Assembly: GCA_964291395.2 (NCBI GenBank)
Contig: OZ219856.1
Span: forward strand, 1,280,001 to 1,344,000
DNA from: Alphaproteobacteria bacterium
GTDB taxonomy: Bacteria; Pseudomonadota; Alphaproteobacteria; UBA2966
Reading direction: 5' to 3'
Length of the DNA: 64,000 nucleotides
Shown: in pieces, positions 32,843-42,331 of the stretch
Numbering within the stretch: the stretch's first letter is position 1
Layout: each line of letters begins with the position of its first letter
Made by a program: the position numbers and the translations under genes
Notes under the pieces: generated by a model
The model's input: the letters and a program-made list of their open reading frames with translations, nothing else
What the model was told of the DNA's origin: nothing
Databases searched by the model: none

Positions 32843-33871
32843 ATGAAGACAGGTTTCCCGGGCGGGGTGCGCGTTGGCGTTTCGGCGTTGGTGACGTGCG
32901 TTTCCCTTACCCTGTGTCCCCTGGTCGTCGGCGCGGACTCCGCGTCGCGTAGGAGCGATGTGGTCGAAACCCCGCCGCTCCAGGCGCTGACGTTCAAGGA
33001 TTGTGACATCTGTCCGGAGATGGTGGTGATCCCCGGGGATGATTTCATGATGGGATCATTCGAATCCGAACGGCATTGGGCCAAAACGCAAAGCAGCGCG
33101 CCCAACACGTTCGACGAGGAAGCGCCGGTCCATCGGGTCTCGGTGCCCTCCTTTGCCCTCGGAAAGTACGAGGTCACGTACGAAGAGTTCGTCGCGTTTG
33201 TCGCCGATACCCGACACACCTGGGCCGGGAGCTGCATCGCACTGGTCAAGTCCGCCAACAGCGACGCGCTCGTGTGGAAATCCGTGCGGACCGTCGTCTG
33301 GCGCGATGCGTTGTCTAGGCAGGACGCACGCAGTCCTGTGGTCTGCGTCAGTTGGGAGGATGCTCGGAGCTACGTCGGGTGGTTGTCGCAACGGACCGGC
33401 CAGGACTACCGATTGCCATCCGAGGCCGAGTGGGAATATGCGGCGCGAGGCGCTACGCAATCCGCGCGTTACTGGGGGAATGACTGGTCCAACAGGGATG
33501 CGTGCCGGTTCGCCAACGCGAACGATGCGACGTCCATGCGCGAGAACGGCTTCGAGTCTCGCTCGCTCGGCTGTGACGACGGTTATGCCAGGGCCGCGCC
33601 CGTGGGCACGTTTCGGACGAATGCCTTCGGCCTGCATGACATGCTGGGCAATGCGGAGGAATGGGTGGAAGACTGCCTCACCGAAAACTACGAAGGGGCC
33701 CCGACGGACGGCTCCGCGTGGGTCAGCGATTGGTGCACGCTTCGGGTCGTTCGCGGTGGGGCTTGGGTCTCCGGACCCCGGAGTCTCCGTTCGGCGGCCC
33801 GTTTGACGTCTGCTCCGAGAGACCGTCTCGTCTACACGGGTTTCCGCGTGGCCAAGACGTTGTCCCCTTGA
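32843..33871 (+). CDS. Formylglycine-generating enzyme (FGE-sulfatase) family protein, probably exported
   Basis: PEMVVIP, KYEVT, YRLPSEAEWEYAAR, NAFGLHDMLGNAEEW, RGGAW, GFRVA; hydrophobic N-terminus; start uncertain. Confidence 0.9.
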   Translation: MKTGFPGGVRVGVSALVTCVSLTLCPLVVGADSASRRSDVVETPPLQALTFKDCDICPEMVVIPGDDFMMGSFESERHWAKTQSSAPNTFDEEAPVHRVSVPSFALGKYEVTYEEFVAFVADTRHTWAGSCIALVKSANSDALVWKSVRTVVWRDALSRQDARSPVVCVSWEDARSYVGWLSQRTGQDYRLPSEAEWEYAARGATQSARYWGNDWSNRDACRFANANDATSMRENGFESRSLGCDDGYARAAPVGTFRTNAFGLHDMLGNAEEWVEDCLTENYEGAPTDGSAWVSDWCTLRVVRGGAWVSGPRSLRSAARLTSAPRDRLVYTGFRVAKTLSP

Positions 33872-33890
33872 GCGGCGAGTCCGACACCGA

Positions 33891-35069
33891 CTACGACGCC
33901 AGCAGCTCCCGGAACCGGCGCATGGCCTCTCCGATGTTCTCGATTGAGTTGGCGTAGGAGAAGCGGATGAACCCTTCACCATATTCTCCGAAGCTCGTGC
34001 CTGCGACGGCGGCGACGCCGGCTTCTTCGAGCAGCCGCTTTTGCAGGTCCTGGGCGGTGGCGCCGGTGCCGGTGATGTTGGCGAAGGCGTAGAAAGCGCC
34101 ACCCGGCATGACGCAACGGACGCCGGGGATGTTGTTGAGCTTATCGACGATGACTCGGCGGCGCTCGTCGAAGGCCCGCATCATCTCGTCTACCGCATCC
34201 TGGGGGCCGGTCAACGCCTCGATCCCCGCGTACTGCGTGGCGGCATTGACGCAGGAATGATCATTGACACAGAGCTTCACGGCGAGGTCGATAAGCGGTC
34301 CGGGCCACAGCGAATACCCGAGTCGCCAGCCGGTCATCGCGTAGGTCTTGGACCAGCCGTCGAGCAGGATCAGGCGGTCGCGGATCTCCTCGTAGGCTAG
34401 GAGGCTGACGTGCGGCTGGTTGTCGTAAACCATGCGCGAGTAGATCTCATCCGAAAGGATGCAGACATGCGGATGGGCGGCAAGACCGCCGACCAGGGTG
34501 TCGAGGCCGTCCTTGGAAAGGACGCCACCCGTGGGATTGGCGGGGCTGTTGATGATGATCAATCGCGTGTTTGGCGTGATGCGGTCGAGCACTTCATGCG
34601 GGTCGAATGAAAAGCCCGTCTCTTCATAGAGTGGAATCGGTACCGGGGTGGCGCCGGAAAACCGGATCGCCGATTCGTAAATGGGGAAGCCTGGATTCGG
34701 ATACATGATCTCCGCGCCGACCTCACCGAACATCAGACATGAGAAGAACATCGTCGGCTTGCCGCCCGGAACGATCAGGACTCGGTCGGGATCCACCGTG
34801 ACGCCCCGTCGCCGCTCGATGTCGGCGGCCACTGCCTCGCGCAGGGCCGGAACGCCGATCGCGGGAGTGTAGCCGTGATGGCCGTCGAGGAGCGCCTGAT
34901 TGCCCGCCGTCACGATGTTCGGCGGAGTTTTGAAATCGGGCTGACCGATTCCGAGGTTGATGATGTCACGGCCTTCCCGCGAAAGCTGTTCCGCCCGTGC
35001 GAGGACCTCAAAGGCCGTTTCGGTGCCGAGATCGGTCATCCGATCGGCGAGTGTCAGTGCTGCGCTCAT
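33891..35069 (-). CDS. PLP-dependent class I/II aminotransferase (aspartate aminotransferase-like)
   Basis: NLGIGQPDF, NSPANPTG, SDEIY, SKTYAMTGWRLG. Confidence 0.92.
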   Translation of the reverse strand: MSAALTLADRMTDLGTETAFEVLARAEQLSREGRDIINLGIGQPDFKTPPNIVTAGNQALLDGHHGYTPAIGVPALREAVAADIERRRGVTVDPDRVLIVPGGKPTMFFSCLMFGEVGAEIMYPNPGFPIYESAIRFSGATPVPIPLYEETGFSFDPHEVLDRITPNTRLIIINSPANPTGGVLSKDGLDTLVGGLAAHPHVCILSDEIYSRMVYDNQPHVSLLAYEEIRDRLILLDGWSKTYAMTGWRLGYSLWPGPLIDLAVKLCVNDHSCVNAATQYAGIEALTGPQDAVDEMMRAFDERRRVIVDKLNNIPGVRCVMPGGAFYAFANITGTGATAQDLQKRLLEEAGVAAVAGTSFGEYGEGFIRFSYANSIENIGEAMRRFRELLAS

Positions 35070-35231
35070 GGCGCGGCAATATGCCACCCGTACGGATGCC
35101 CGGCAATCGCCGCGGGCCCGCCGCGCGGGTCCGGTGGCGGAATATCCCGGGCTTGCGGGAGTCCGGGGATTCCCCTAAACGAAATCCCGGCTGCGGCCAT
35201 GGCGCCGTGGAACCGATCAGGGGAGTGGGGC

Positions 35232-36389
35232 GTGAAACCGACGAACGACGTGTTCTCGGGTTTCGGCATGACCGTATTCGAGGTCATGTCGCGGCTCGCC
35301 ATGGAGCACAACACGGTCAATCTGGGGCAGGGGTTCCCCGACGACAATGGTCCTGCCGACGTCAGGGCCAAGGCGGCAGAAGCGCTTGAGGACCGCCCCA
35401 ACCAGTACCCGCCGATGATGGGCGTCCCGGAGCTGCGCCAAGCCCTGGCCACGCACGCCAAGCGGTTCTATGACCTTGACGTCGACTGGCGGACGGAGAC
35501 CATGGTGACCTCCGGAGCCACGGAGGCTCTGGCCGCATGCGCTCTCGGTCTGATCAGTCCGGGGGACGAGGTCGTGCTGATCGAGCCGCTCTACGATTGT
35601 TACTACCCCATGGTGATGCGTGCTGGAGCGACACCCCGTCTCGTTCAGGTCAAACCTCCTCATTGGGAGTTGCCGCGTTGTGAGTTGGCGGCGGCGTTCA
35701 ACGACAGGACCAAGATGATCCTGCTGAACGACCCCATGAACCCTTCGGGAAAGGTCTTCACCCGTGACGAACTCTCCTTCATCGCCGAGCTGTGCGTGGA
35801 ACACGATTGCTATGCAGTGTGCGATGAAGCTTACGAACATCTCCTTTATGACGGTCGCGAGCACCTGCCCCTGATCACCTTTCCGGGCATGCGGGGGCGA
35901 GCGATCAAGATCGGCTCCGCCGGCAAGACCTTCTCGCTGACCGGCTGGAAGGTGGGTTATCTGACGGCGGCGGCGGAGACGCTCAAGGCCGTATCGAAGG
36001 CGCATCAGTTCCTGACCTTCACGACGGCGCCCAATCTGCAACGCGCTGCGGCTTATGGACTGGAAAAGGATGATTCGTATTTCGAGGAGTTGGCGGGCGG
36101 TCTGCAGGAGCGCCGGGATTTCGTTTCCCGGGGTCTCGACGACATCGGGTTCGATGTCGTCGATTGCCACGGTACCTATTTCATCAATGCCGATTTTCGG
36201 CCCTTGGGCTTCAACGGTGGGGACGAGGAGTTCTGTCGGTACATCACGGTCGAGGCTGGGGTGACTGCGGTTCCCGTGAGCGCGTTTTATCCGAGTGGCG
36301 CGGTGAATTATCTCGCCCGGTTCTGCTTCAGCAAACAGTGGCCCGTGCTCGAAGAGGCGATCGACAGGCTCAAGACCCATTTCGGCTGA
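35232..36389 (+). CDS. PLP-dependent aminotransferase (YbdL/methionine aminotransferase-like)
   Basis: NLGQGFPD, TSGATEAL, CDEAYEH, SAGKTFSLTGWKVG; GTG start after GGGAG. Confidence 0.9.
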   Translation: MKPTNDVFSGFGMTVFEVMSRLAMEHNTVNLGQGFPDDNGPADVRAKAAEALEDRPNQYPPMMGVPELRQALATHAKRFYDLDVDWRTETMVTSGATEALAACALGLISPGDEVVLIEPLYDCYYPMVMRAGATPRLVQVKPPHWELPRCELAAAFNDRTKMILLNDPMNPSGKVFTRDELSFIAELCVEHDCYAVCDEAYEHLLYDGREHLPLITFPGMRGRAIKIGSAGKTFSLTGWKVGYLTAAAETLKAVSKAHQFLTFTTAPNLQRAAAYGLEKDDSYFEELAGGLQERRDFVSRGLDDIGFDVVDCHGTYFINADFRPLGFNGGDEEFCRYITVEAGVTAVPVSAFYPSGAVNYLARFCFSKQWPVLEEAIDRLKTHFG

Positions 36390-36396
36390 GGTCTGC

Positions 36397-36426
36397 TTGA
36401 CGTCACGGCGCGCGCGGCGTTAAAGA
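36397..36426 (+). promoter_or_regulatory. Putative sigma70 promoter for tRNA-His
   Basis: TTGACG-N17/18-TTAAAG/TAAAGA just upstream of the tRNA. Confidence 0.6.
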
Positions 36427-36442
36427 GGGCACCTGTTCCCGT

Positions 36443-36520
36443 GGCGGGTGTAGCTCAGTTGGTTAGAGCACCAGATTGTGGATCTGGGGGCCGTGGGTTC
36501 GAATCCCATCACTCGCCCCA
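36443..36520 (+). tRNA. tRNA-His (GUG)
   Basis: Full cloverleaf: G-1, acceptor GCGGGTG/CACTCGC, D-arm GCTC/GAGC, anticodon arm CCAGA-TTGTGGA-TCTGG, T-loop TTCGAAT, C73, encoded CCA. Confidence 0.97.
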
Positions 36521-36541
36521 ATTTTTCCGTCTCGTTGGAGA

Positions 36542-36633
36542 AGGGCACCTGTTCCCGGGGAGTCGGACAGTCGGGTTGAGCATTGGTTTGGATCTGGGAG
36601 CCGTCGGGCATTCGAATCCCATCGACTCCCACC
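36542..36633 (+). pseudogene. Degenerate tandem copy of tRNA-His and its leader (tRNA-like element)
   Basis: Leader AGGGCACCTGTTCCCG repeated exactly 116 bp downstream; shares GAGCA, TGGATCTGGG, GCCGT and TTCGAATCCCATC with the tRNA. Confidence 0.7.
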
Positions 36634-36791
36634 TCGGGCTGATGGATAGCTCTTTACCTCCAGGATCGATGAGCGTTCTGTCGGTCTCCCGCAGCCGCCC
36701 CGCCGGTTCGTTTGCTTTCTCGTATTCATCCAGAACGGCAGGGACGGGTAGAGCCCGAGACGTTTCGGGGAGTCGAACCGACCGGCGAGGG

Positions 36792-39176
36792 TTACCTTGA
36801 AAAGTCGCCCGTGCCCGAGTCCCTTTCGACCTTCATGAGCAGTGGGGGCAGGAGGAAGAAATCGGCCATCAACGCCAGGGCGATCACCATTGCGGTGAGC
36901 TTGCCCATCCCGGCGTTGAGTTCGAAGCTGGAGAGACTCACCACGACGAAGCCCGCCACGAGCACAAGAGAGGTCGTGAGCAGGGCGCGGCCCACGGTGC
37001 GAAAGGCGACGCGCACCGCATCGGGAGACGCGCACCCGAGCTCACGCCGGGCTCGCCGGTACTTGCTGAGGAAGTGCACCGTGTCGTCGACCACGATGCC
37101 AAGCGTCATGGCCGTCACCACCGACAGAGAGACCCCCACCTCTCCCACTGCCAAACCCCAGATTCCGAAGCCCAGCGCGCCGGGGATCAGGTTCGGTACG
37201 AGACTCGTGAGCCCGAGCCGCAGCGATCGCAGCGCGAAGATGAGAATGAAGGAAATTCCGATGAGGGCAACTGTCGTCCCGACGAGCATCGAGACGATGT
37301 TTCGCCGACCGAGATAGGCAAACATCAAGGTGGTGCCGGAACTCTCGGGACGGACGATGTTCGGCGCGTGGTCCGCGAGCCATTGCAACGCGCGTCGATC
37401 GAGAGCGAGCACTTCGTTCGAAGAGAGCGTCTGCGTCGCCACCGTCATCCGGGTCGCTGACTTGTCGACGTCGATCTGGTTGTTGAGATCGAGACCGAAG
37501 GGAAGCGACATCTCGTAGAGGAGCAGGTACTGCGCGGCCTGCTCCCGGCTCGCGGGCAACCGGTACTCGGCCGGATCGTCGCCGTGCATGCTCATGTTGA
37601 GCCGCCGGAACGTATCGGTAATGACGTTGACGTGGATCGTTTCGGGTTGTTCCTTGTACCACTCGGCGAATGCCGCGATGTCGGCAAGAAAGTCGGGATC
37701 GCTAATCCCTTCCGCCTCGCCCGACGCGAGCGAATACTCCATGGTATACATGCCGGTGAGGTTCTCGGTGGTGAAATCCGCATCGCGCCGAAACTCGATG
37801 CTCTCGTCGAAGTAGTGAAGGAAGACGTCGTTCAGCTCATTGCGGGGTATCGACGCGACGAGCGCTACCACGATCAACCCGGACCCCCAGAGCAATTCCC
37901 GGCGTCGACGCACCACAAACTCCCCGAGCGCGGCCATCGCCGCATCGCCGCGGTGCCCGGTCGCGCGCACTCGAACCGGCAGCAGTGAGAGCAGCGCCGG
38001 CAGAAGGGTCACGGAGAGCGGGAACGCCGCGCCGACCCCGAAAGCGACGAAGGTGCCCAGCTGACGGAACGGCGGTACCTCGGAAAAGTTCATGCTCAGG
38101 AAGCCGAGCGTGGTGGTCAGGCTCGCGAGGAAGACCGGCTGAAGATTCACTCGTAACGACTCGACAATCGCATCCCGCTTGAGTCCACCGGTTCGAGCGC
38201 GCCGGAGCAGAGCGCCGCTACCCCGATCCGCGAGCATGCGGGACGCATCGCCCTGCATGTACTGGGAAAAGGTGGCGAAGACGTGGACGCAGTTGGCTAT
38301 CGCGACCGTCAGCACGACGATCGGTGCGATGGCGGAAGGCGCGGTCATCGGGAGGCCAACCCAGCCGCCGAGACCCACCGCGGTCATGACCGACATCGCG
38401 ACGACGAGCATGATTGCGAACGTCCCGCTGAGGCTCTGTGTCAGCAATACCAGCATCAGCGTCATCGCCGCGAAGCTCGCCGGGACGAGCGTCTTGAGAT
38501 CGCCCAGCGACACTTCCATGAAGGTCTGGTTAAAAATAGCCAAACCGGTAATTTTCACGTCAATGCCGGGGAAGCGTTCCCGAACCTCGTCCGCGAGCCC
38601 GCGCGCGGCCTCGATGACCTGGGGGCCTTCGAGTATTTTGTTTTCGCCCGGCAAGTGCACGGTCACATTGATGCCACTGACCCCGCCGTCGCGCGCAAGG
38701 AGACGTGCTGCGAGACGGGGCTCGGCGAGGGCGATGGCGCGAATCCGCGCCCGTTCGCTGGCGTCGCCGCGGGCAGCCTCGTCCACGAGGTCGCGAACCA
38801 GGATGTCGTCCCCGTCGGCCGTGGTGTGCTGGAAGTTGGTGACGGAGTCGACACGGGTCGAGTACGGGATCTGCCAGGACTGCTCGGTGAGCCACGCGGT
38901 CGCCTCGAGCGCGAGGGCCGAGGTGGCGTCGCGGCTCTCCGGGGCGATGGCGAAGAAGACGTTGCCGCGCTGGCCGTACGTGTTCTCCATCGCCTCGTAT
39001 GCGAGGAGCTGCGGATTGTCCTTGGAGAAGTAGATGCGGTGGTCGGCCGAGAACTCGAGAAACAACGTGCCGCTCGTCGCGATTCCGACCAGGACCGTGG
39101 TGACGATGATGATCGGCCACCGCGACACGACGACCCAGCCGCCGAGTCGTGACTCGAACTCCCGTACCGCCTTCAT
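36792..39176 (-). CDS. MMPL/RND family transporter
   Basis: Two 1+5 TM halves with periplasmic loops; LTVAIANCVH and LGIVVDDTVHFL motifs; start approximate. Confidence 0.9.
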   Translation of the reverse strand: MKAVREFESRLGGWVVVSRWPIIIVTTVLVGIATSGTLFLEFSADHRIYFSKDNPQLLAYEAMENTYGQRGNVFFAIAPESRDATSALALEATAWLTEQSWQIPYSTRVDSVTNFQHTTADGDDILVRDLVDEAARGDASERARIRAIALAEPRLAARLLARDGGVSGINVTVHLPGENKILEGPQVIEAARGLADEVRERFPGIDVKITGLAIFNQTFMEVSLGDLKTLVPASFAAMTLMLVLLTQSLSGTFAIMLVVAMSVMTAVGLGGWVGLPMTAPSAIAPIVVLTVAIANCVHVFATFSQYMQGDASRMLADRGSGALLRRARTGGLKRDAIVESLRVNLQPVFLASLTTTLGFLSMNFSEVPPFRQLGTFVAFGVGAAFPLSVTLLPALLSLLPVRVRATGHRGDAAMAALGEFVVRRRRELLWGSGLIVVALVASIPRNELNDVFLHYFDESIEFRRDADFTTENLTGMYTMEYSLASGEAEGISDPDFLADIAAFAEWYKEQPETIHVNVITDTFRRLNMSMHGDDPAEYRLPASREQAAQYLLLYEMSLPFGLDLNNQIDVDKSATRMTVATQTLSSNEVLALDRRALQWLADHAPNIVRPESSGTTLMFAYLGRRNIVSMLVGTTVALIGISFILIFALRSLRLGLTSLVPNLIPGALGFGIWGLAVGEVGVSLSVVTAMTLGIVVDDTVHFLSKYRRARRELGCASPDAVRVAFRTVGRALLTTSLVLVAGFVVVSLSSFELNAGMGKLTAMVIALALMADFFLLPPLLMKVERDSGTGDFSR

Positions 39177-39267
39177 ACCTTGCACGGACCGCGGTTTTAT
39201 CACTCGCTCAAGCCGAGGCCCCCGCACCCGTCCGTGGTGCCGGCCTCTGGTTCTCTCCGCCCTTCGT

Positions 39268-39600
39268 TCAAGTCACCCCCGCCGTAGTGGTCAAGCGAAG
39301 TCCGATGGCGCCAACGGCAATCAGCCCGATACAAGCCAGTTGGATGGATTTGAGATGTTCGTCGAACACCAGAAATCCGATGAGGGTGATGGCCATAATG
39401 CCAATTCCCGCCCACAGGGCGTACGCGACGCCGACCGGGATTACCTTGATGGCGGGAGCCATCACCCAAAAGCAGCCCGTGAAAGAGATGATGGCGAGAA
39501 CCCCCCAATGCCACTTCTCGAAACCGTGCGATAGTTTCAGCAGGAAGGTGCCGGTCACCTCCAGCGCGATGGCAAGGGCCAACAAGATCCAAGCGCTCAT
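39268..39600 (-). CDS. SMR family multidrug efflux transporter (EmrE/Qac subtype)
   Basis: 110 aa, four TMs, AIALEVTGT (conserved Glu14), IPVGVAYALWAGIG. Confidence 0.92.
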   Translation of the reverse strand: MSAWILLALAIALEVTGTFLLKLSHGFEKWHWGVLAIISFTGCFWVMAPAIKVIPVGVAYALWAGIGIMAITLIGFLVFDEHLKSIQLACIGLIAVGAIGLRLTTTAGVT

Positions 39601-39747
39601 TGAATTGCACCTCGACTGTTGGGCGGCACGTCGTCCGGTGCAACCCTGACGGCCAGAATAGCCGCTGCGGCCCCGGCAGTCTTGCACCGGATTCCACCCT
39701 CGGACGCTGCCGCCCGGCGCCCGCTCGAGCCCCGGGCGCCCAAAGGG

Positions 39748-39767
39748 AAGGGGGCCGAAGCCCCCTT
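39748..39767 (-). terminator. Stable hairpin, probable terminator
   Basis: Minus strand AAGGGGGC-TTCG-GCCCCCTT followed by CCCTTTG; C(UUCG)G tetraloop. Confidence 0.6.
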
Positions 39768-39907
39768 GATCAAGACCGGTCGTGCGACGCCCTCGTGCAG
39801 CGCCGCCTTCTCATCGTCGCTCAACGCGTTGTACTGCGTGATGTCCATTGGACACGCTTCGACCCATGGCGCAACATGTGTCCGGACAATTCGCCGGGGA
39901 ACCTGCC

Positions 39908-40603
39908 ATGCACGAGATTCACATTCCGGAAGATATCCTTGCCAAATCCCGTGCCCGGCGCGGACGGGTCGAGGTTTTCGATGCACTCGATCCCGCGCGC
40001 ACGGCTCTCGTGGTCATCGATATGCAAAGTTATTTCCTGAAGCCCGGCGGCTTCCTGGAGGTGCCCTGTTCGAGGGATATCGTCGGCAACATCAATCGCA
40101 TCGCGGCCGCCCTGCGGCGGACCGGCGGGACCGTGTACTGGACGCAGCACAGTTTCGTGCCCGAATGGACGTCCTGGTACGGTGTTCTCGCGTCGGGCGA
40201 ATTCGCGGAACGCATGATCGCCGATTCCGCGCCGGACGCCCCCGGATACGCCATCCATCCGGACATGGACGTTCGGCCGCAAGACGTGCCCCTGCACAAG
40301 ACACGCTACAGCGCCATGCTGCCTGAGAGCTGTGATCTCGAAACGCACCTCAGGCGGACGGGGGCCGACACCGTGATCGTCACGGGGACGCTGACCAATG
40401 TCTGCTGCGAATCGACGGCGCGGGACGCGATGATGAAGAACTACAAGGTGGTCTTCGTGTCGGACGCCAACGCCACACGCACGGACGAGGAGCACAACGC
40501 GACGCTCAAGGCCATGGTTCAGGTCTTCGCCGACGTGCGCAACACGAATGAGGTCGTCGGATTGCTCCAGGCCGGTGCGGCGGGTGCCCAGGCGGCGGAG
40601 TGA
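39908..40603 (+). CDS. Isochorismatase / cysteine hydrolase family
   Basis: TALVVIDMQ, KTRYSA, GTLTNVCCESTARDA. Confidence 0.9.
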   Translation: MHEIHIPEDILAKSRARRGRVEVFDALDPARTALVVIDMQSYFLKPGGFLEVPCSRDIVGNINRIAAALRRTGGTVYWTQHSFVPEWTSWYGVLASGEFAERMIADSAPDAPGYAIHPDMDVRPQDVPLHKTRYSAMLPESCDLETHLRRTGADTVIVTGTLTNVCCESTARDAMMKNYKVVFVSDANATRTDEEHNATLKAMVQVFADVRNTNEVVGLLQAGAAGAQAAE

Positions 40604-40613
40604 GACCTGTCCT

Positions 40614-41282
40614 TCAGTCGACCGTCTGGGCGAGGATCATGCTGATATGAGCGAGTGGCAGGCCGCTCTCAGCGGCCCATTCGTTGATCACGCCCTGAAT
40701 CTTGCGCTGCTCGCCCTTGCCCTTGCCGCTGCCGGAATAGGTGCCCCACTCGTGGAGCGCCTTCACCACGAAGGGGGTCAGCATGAAGGTGTCCTTGCCC
40801 GCCATGCGCAAGAAATAAGGGCCTGAATTTCCGCCCATCTGGCTGAAACGCCCGGCGATGTCGAACCAAAGCTCGACGATCCGGTCGCCGGGCCAGTTCG
40901 CCAGATAGCTGCCGAACCCGCCGTTCCGCGAGTCGATCAGTTCGACCATGGCGATGGCGTTCTCCCGGACCGACTTGAGCTTTCCCCAGTGGCGGATGAG
41001 TCGTTTGTTGCCGAGGCAGGCCTCGAGTTCCTCGTCGCTCATCATGCGGACGCGGCGCGGTTCGAAGCCGGAAAACACCTCTTCGAAGGCCGGCCACTTG
41101 GCATCGACCATGCTGTGTTTCAGGCCGGCGCGGAAAATCCTGAGGCACATCAGGGACAGATAGCGGTCGTCCGTTACCGCTTCGAGTTGGTCCGACGACT
41201 TCACCTTGGGCAGACGCTTTGTCAATTCGGGTTGGCCGAGCCGTTTCTCCGCCTCCGCGACGATGTCTTTGAAAGGTGTCAC
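40614..41282 (-). CDS. DNA-3-methyladenine glycosylase I (Tag)-like protein
   Basis: IFRAGL...KWPAFEEVF.GF, LIRHWGKL, YFLRMAGKD. Confidence 0.8.
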   Translation of the reverse strand: MTPFKDIVAEAEKRLGQPELTKRLPKVKSSDQLEAVTDDRYLSLMCLRIFRAGLKHSMVDAKWPAFEEVFSGFEPRRVRMMSDEELEACLGNKRLIRHWGKLKSVRENAIAMVELIDSRNGGFGSYLANWPGDRIVELWFDIAGRFSQMGGNSGPYFLRMAGKDTFMLTPFVVKALHEWGTYSGSGKGKGEQRKIQGVINEWAAESGLPLAHISMILAQTVD

Positions 41283-41353
41283 GGCATTGAGTCTTTACTT
41301 GACGGGGGAAGTCGTCACCGGATTGGACAAGCGTTGCGTCGAGCCGTGCTCGG

Positions 41354-42331
41354 CTACAAGTCGAGGATGATCTTCTCGGACTTGGAGCGGGCGCAACAGA
41401 TCATCACCCACTCCTTTTGCTCGGCGTCCGTCAGGACGAAGTCGTTGTGGTCGGGCTCGCCTTCCAAATAATGGGTCTTGCAAGTGCCGCAGGTACCGGC
41501 CTCGCACGACGTGTCGACGTCGAGCCCGTTCTCCCGCAGGACATCGACGATCGATTTGTCTCCCGGAATATTGTAGGTCGCGCCGGTGCTGGAAATGGTG
41601 ACCTGGAACTCCGCATCGCCGAGATCGACCACTTCGCCGGCGGCCGGTTTTTCCTGGGCAACCGGAGCGAAGTACTCGAAGTGGACGGTTTCTGACGGCC
41701 AATGCGCGGAACCTTCCTTGGTCGCGAGCATGAATCCGGTGGGACCGCAGTAGTAAAGGTGTGTCCCTTCCTGGCGATGCTCGAGGAGTCCGGGAATGTC
41801 GAGACCCTTCGACGGGTCCCCGCCGTCGTAGTGATTGACGACTCGGCCCTCCGTGGCGAGGCCGGCCAGGCGGCTTCGAAATGCGGTCTGCTCCACGGAC
41901 CTCGTGCAGTAGTGCATGGTGAAGTCCGCGTTCGTGGTCGTGAGTTGCTCGATCATCGCCATCATCGGCGTCACGCCGATACCACCGGCGAGCAGGAGGT
42001 GGTGTTTCGCCTCGTCCCTGACGGGGAAGTTGTTGCGGGGATGCGAGATCGTGACTCGATCACCGGCGCGGACGTTCTCGTGCATGCTGCGTGATCCGCC
42101 CGTGCTCTGCGGATCGTTGAGCACGCCCACGACGTAGCGATGCCGTTCCCGCGGGTCGTTGCACAAGGAATACTGACGGAGAAATCCGCCGGGGATGTGC
42201 ACGTCGACGTGGGATCCGGCCGTGAATTCCGGCAGATCGTTTCCGTTGGGATCAACGAACTCAAACGTATTGATCCCCTCCGCCTCGTTTGTGATCCGGC
42301 GGACCCTCAACTCCATCGTTTCAATAGCCAT
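41354..42331 (-). CDS. PDR/VanB family oxygenase reductase
   Basis: RQYSL, AGGIGVTP, YYCGP, C-terminal 2Fe-2S CEAGTCGTC. Confidence 0.93.
   Translation of the reverse strand: MAIETMELRVRRITNEAEGINTFEFVDPNGNDLPEFTAGSHVDVHIPGGFLRQYSLCNDPRERHRYVVGVLNDPQSTGGSRSMHENVRAGDRVTISHPRNNFPVRDEAKHHLLLAGGIGVTPMMAMIEQLTTTNADFTMHYCTRSVEQTAFRSRLAGLATEGRVVNHYDGGDPSKGLDIPGLLEHRQEGTHLYYCGPTGFMLATKEGSAHWPSETVHFEYFAPVAQEKPAAGEVVDLGDAEFQVTISSTGATYNIPGDKSIVDVLRENGLDVDTSCEAGTCGTCKTHYLEGEPDHNDFVLTDAEQKEWVMICCARSKSEKIILDL

Noticed and set aside
32843-33871. FGE-sulfatase/CLec protein as a diversity-generating retroelement target
   Set aside because: No reverse transcriptase and no template repeat of its 3' end seen in the window.
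36420-36800. Short ORFs overlapping the tRNA (36441-36800 +, 36420-36632 -)
   Set aside because: They are translations of the tRNA and its degenerate copy.
39268-39600. SMR as the guanidinium exporter Gdx/SugE
   Set aside because: Helix 1 reads AIALEVTGT (Qac/EmrE-like) rather than the Gdx-like AGLxExxWA.
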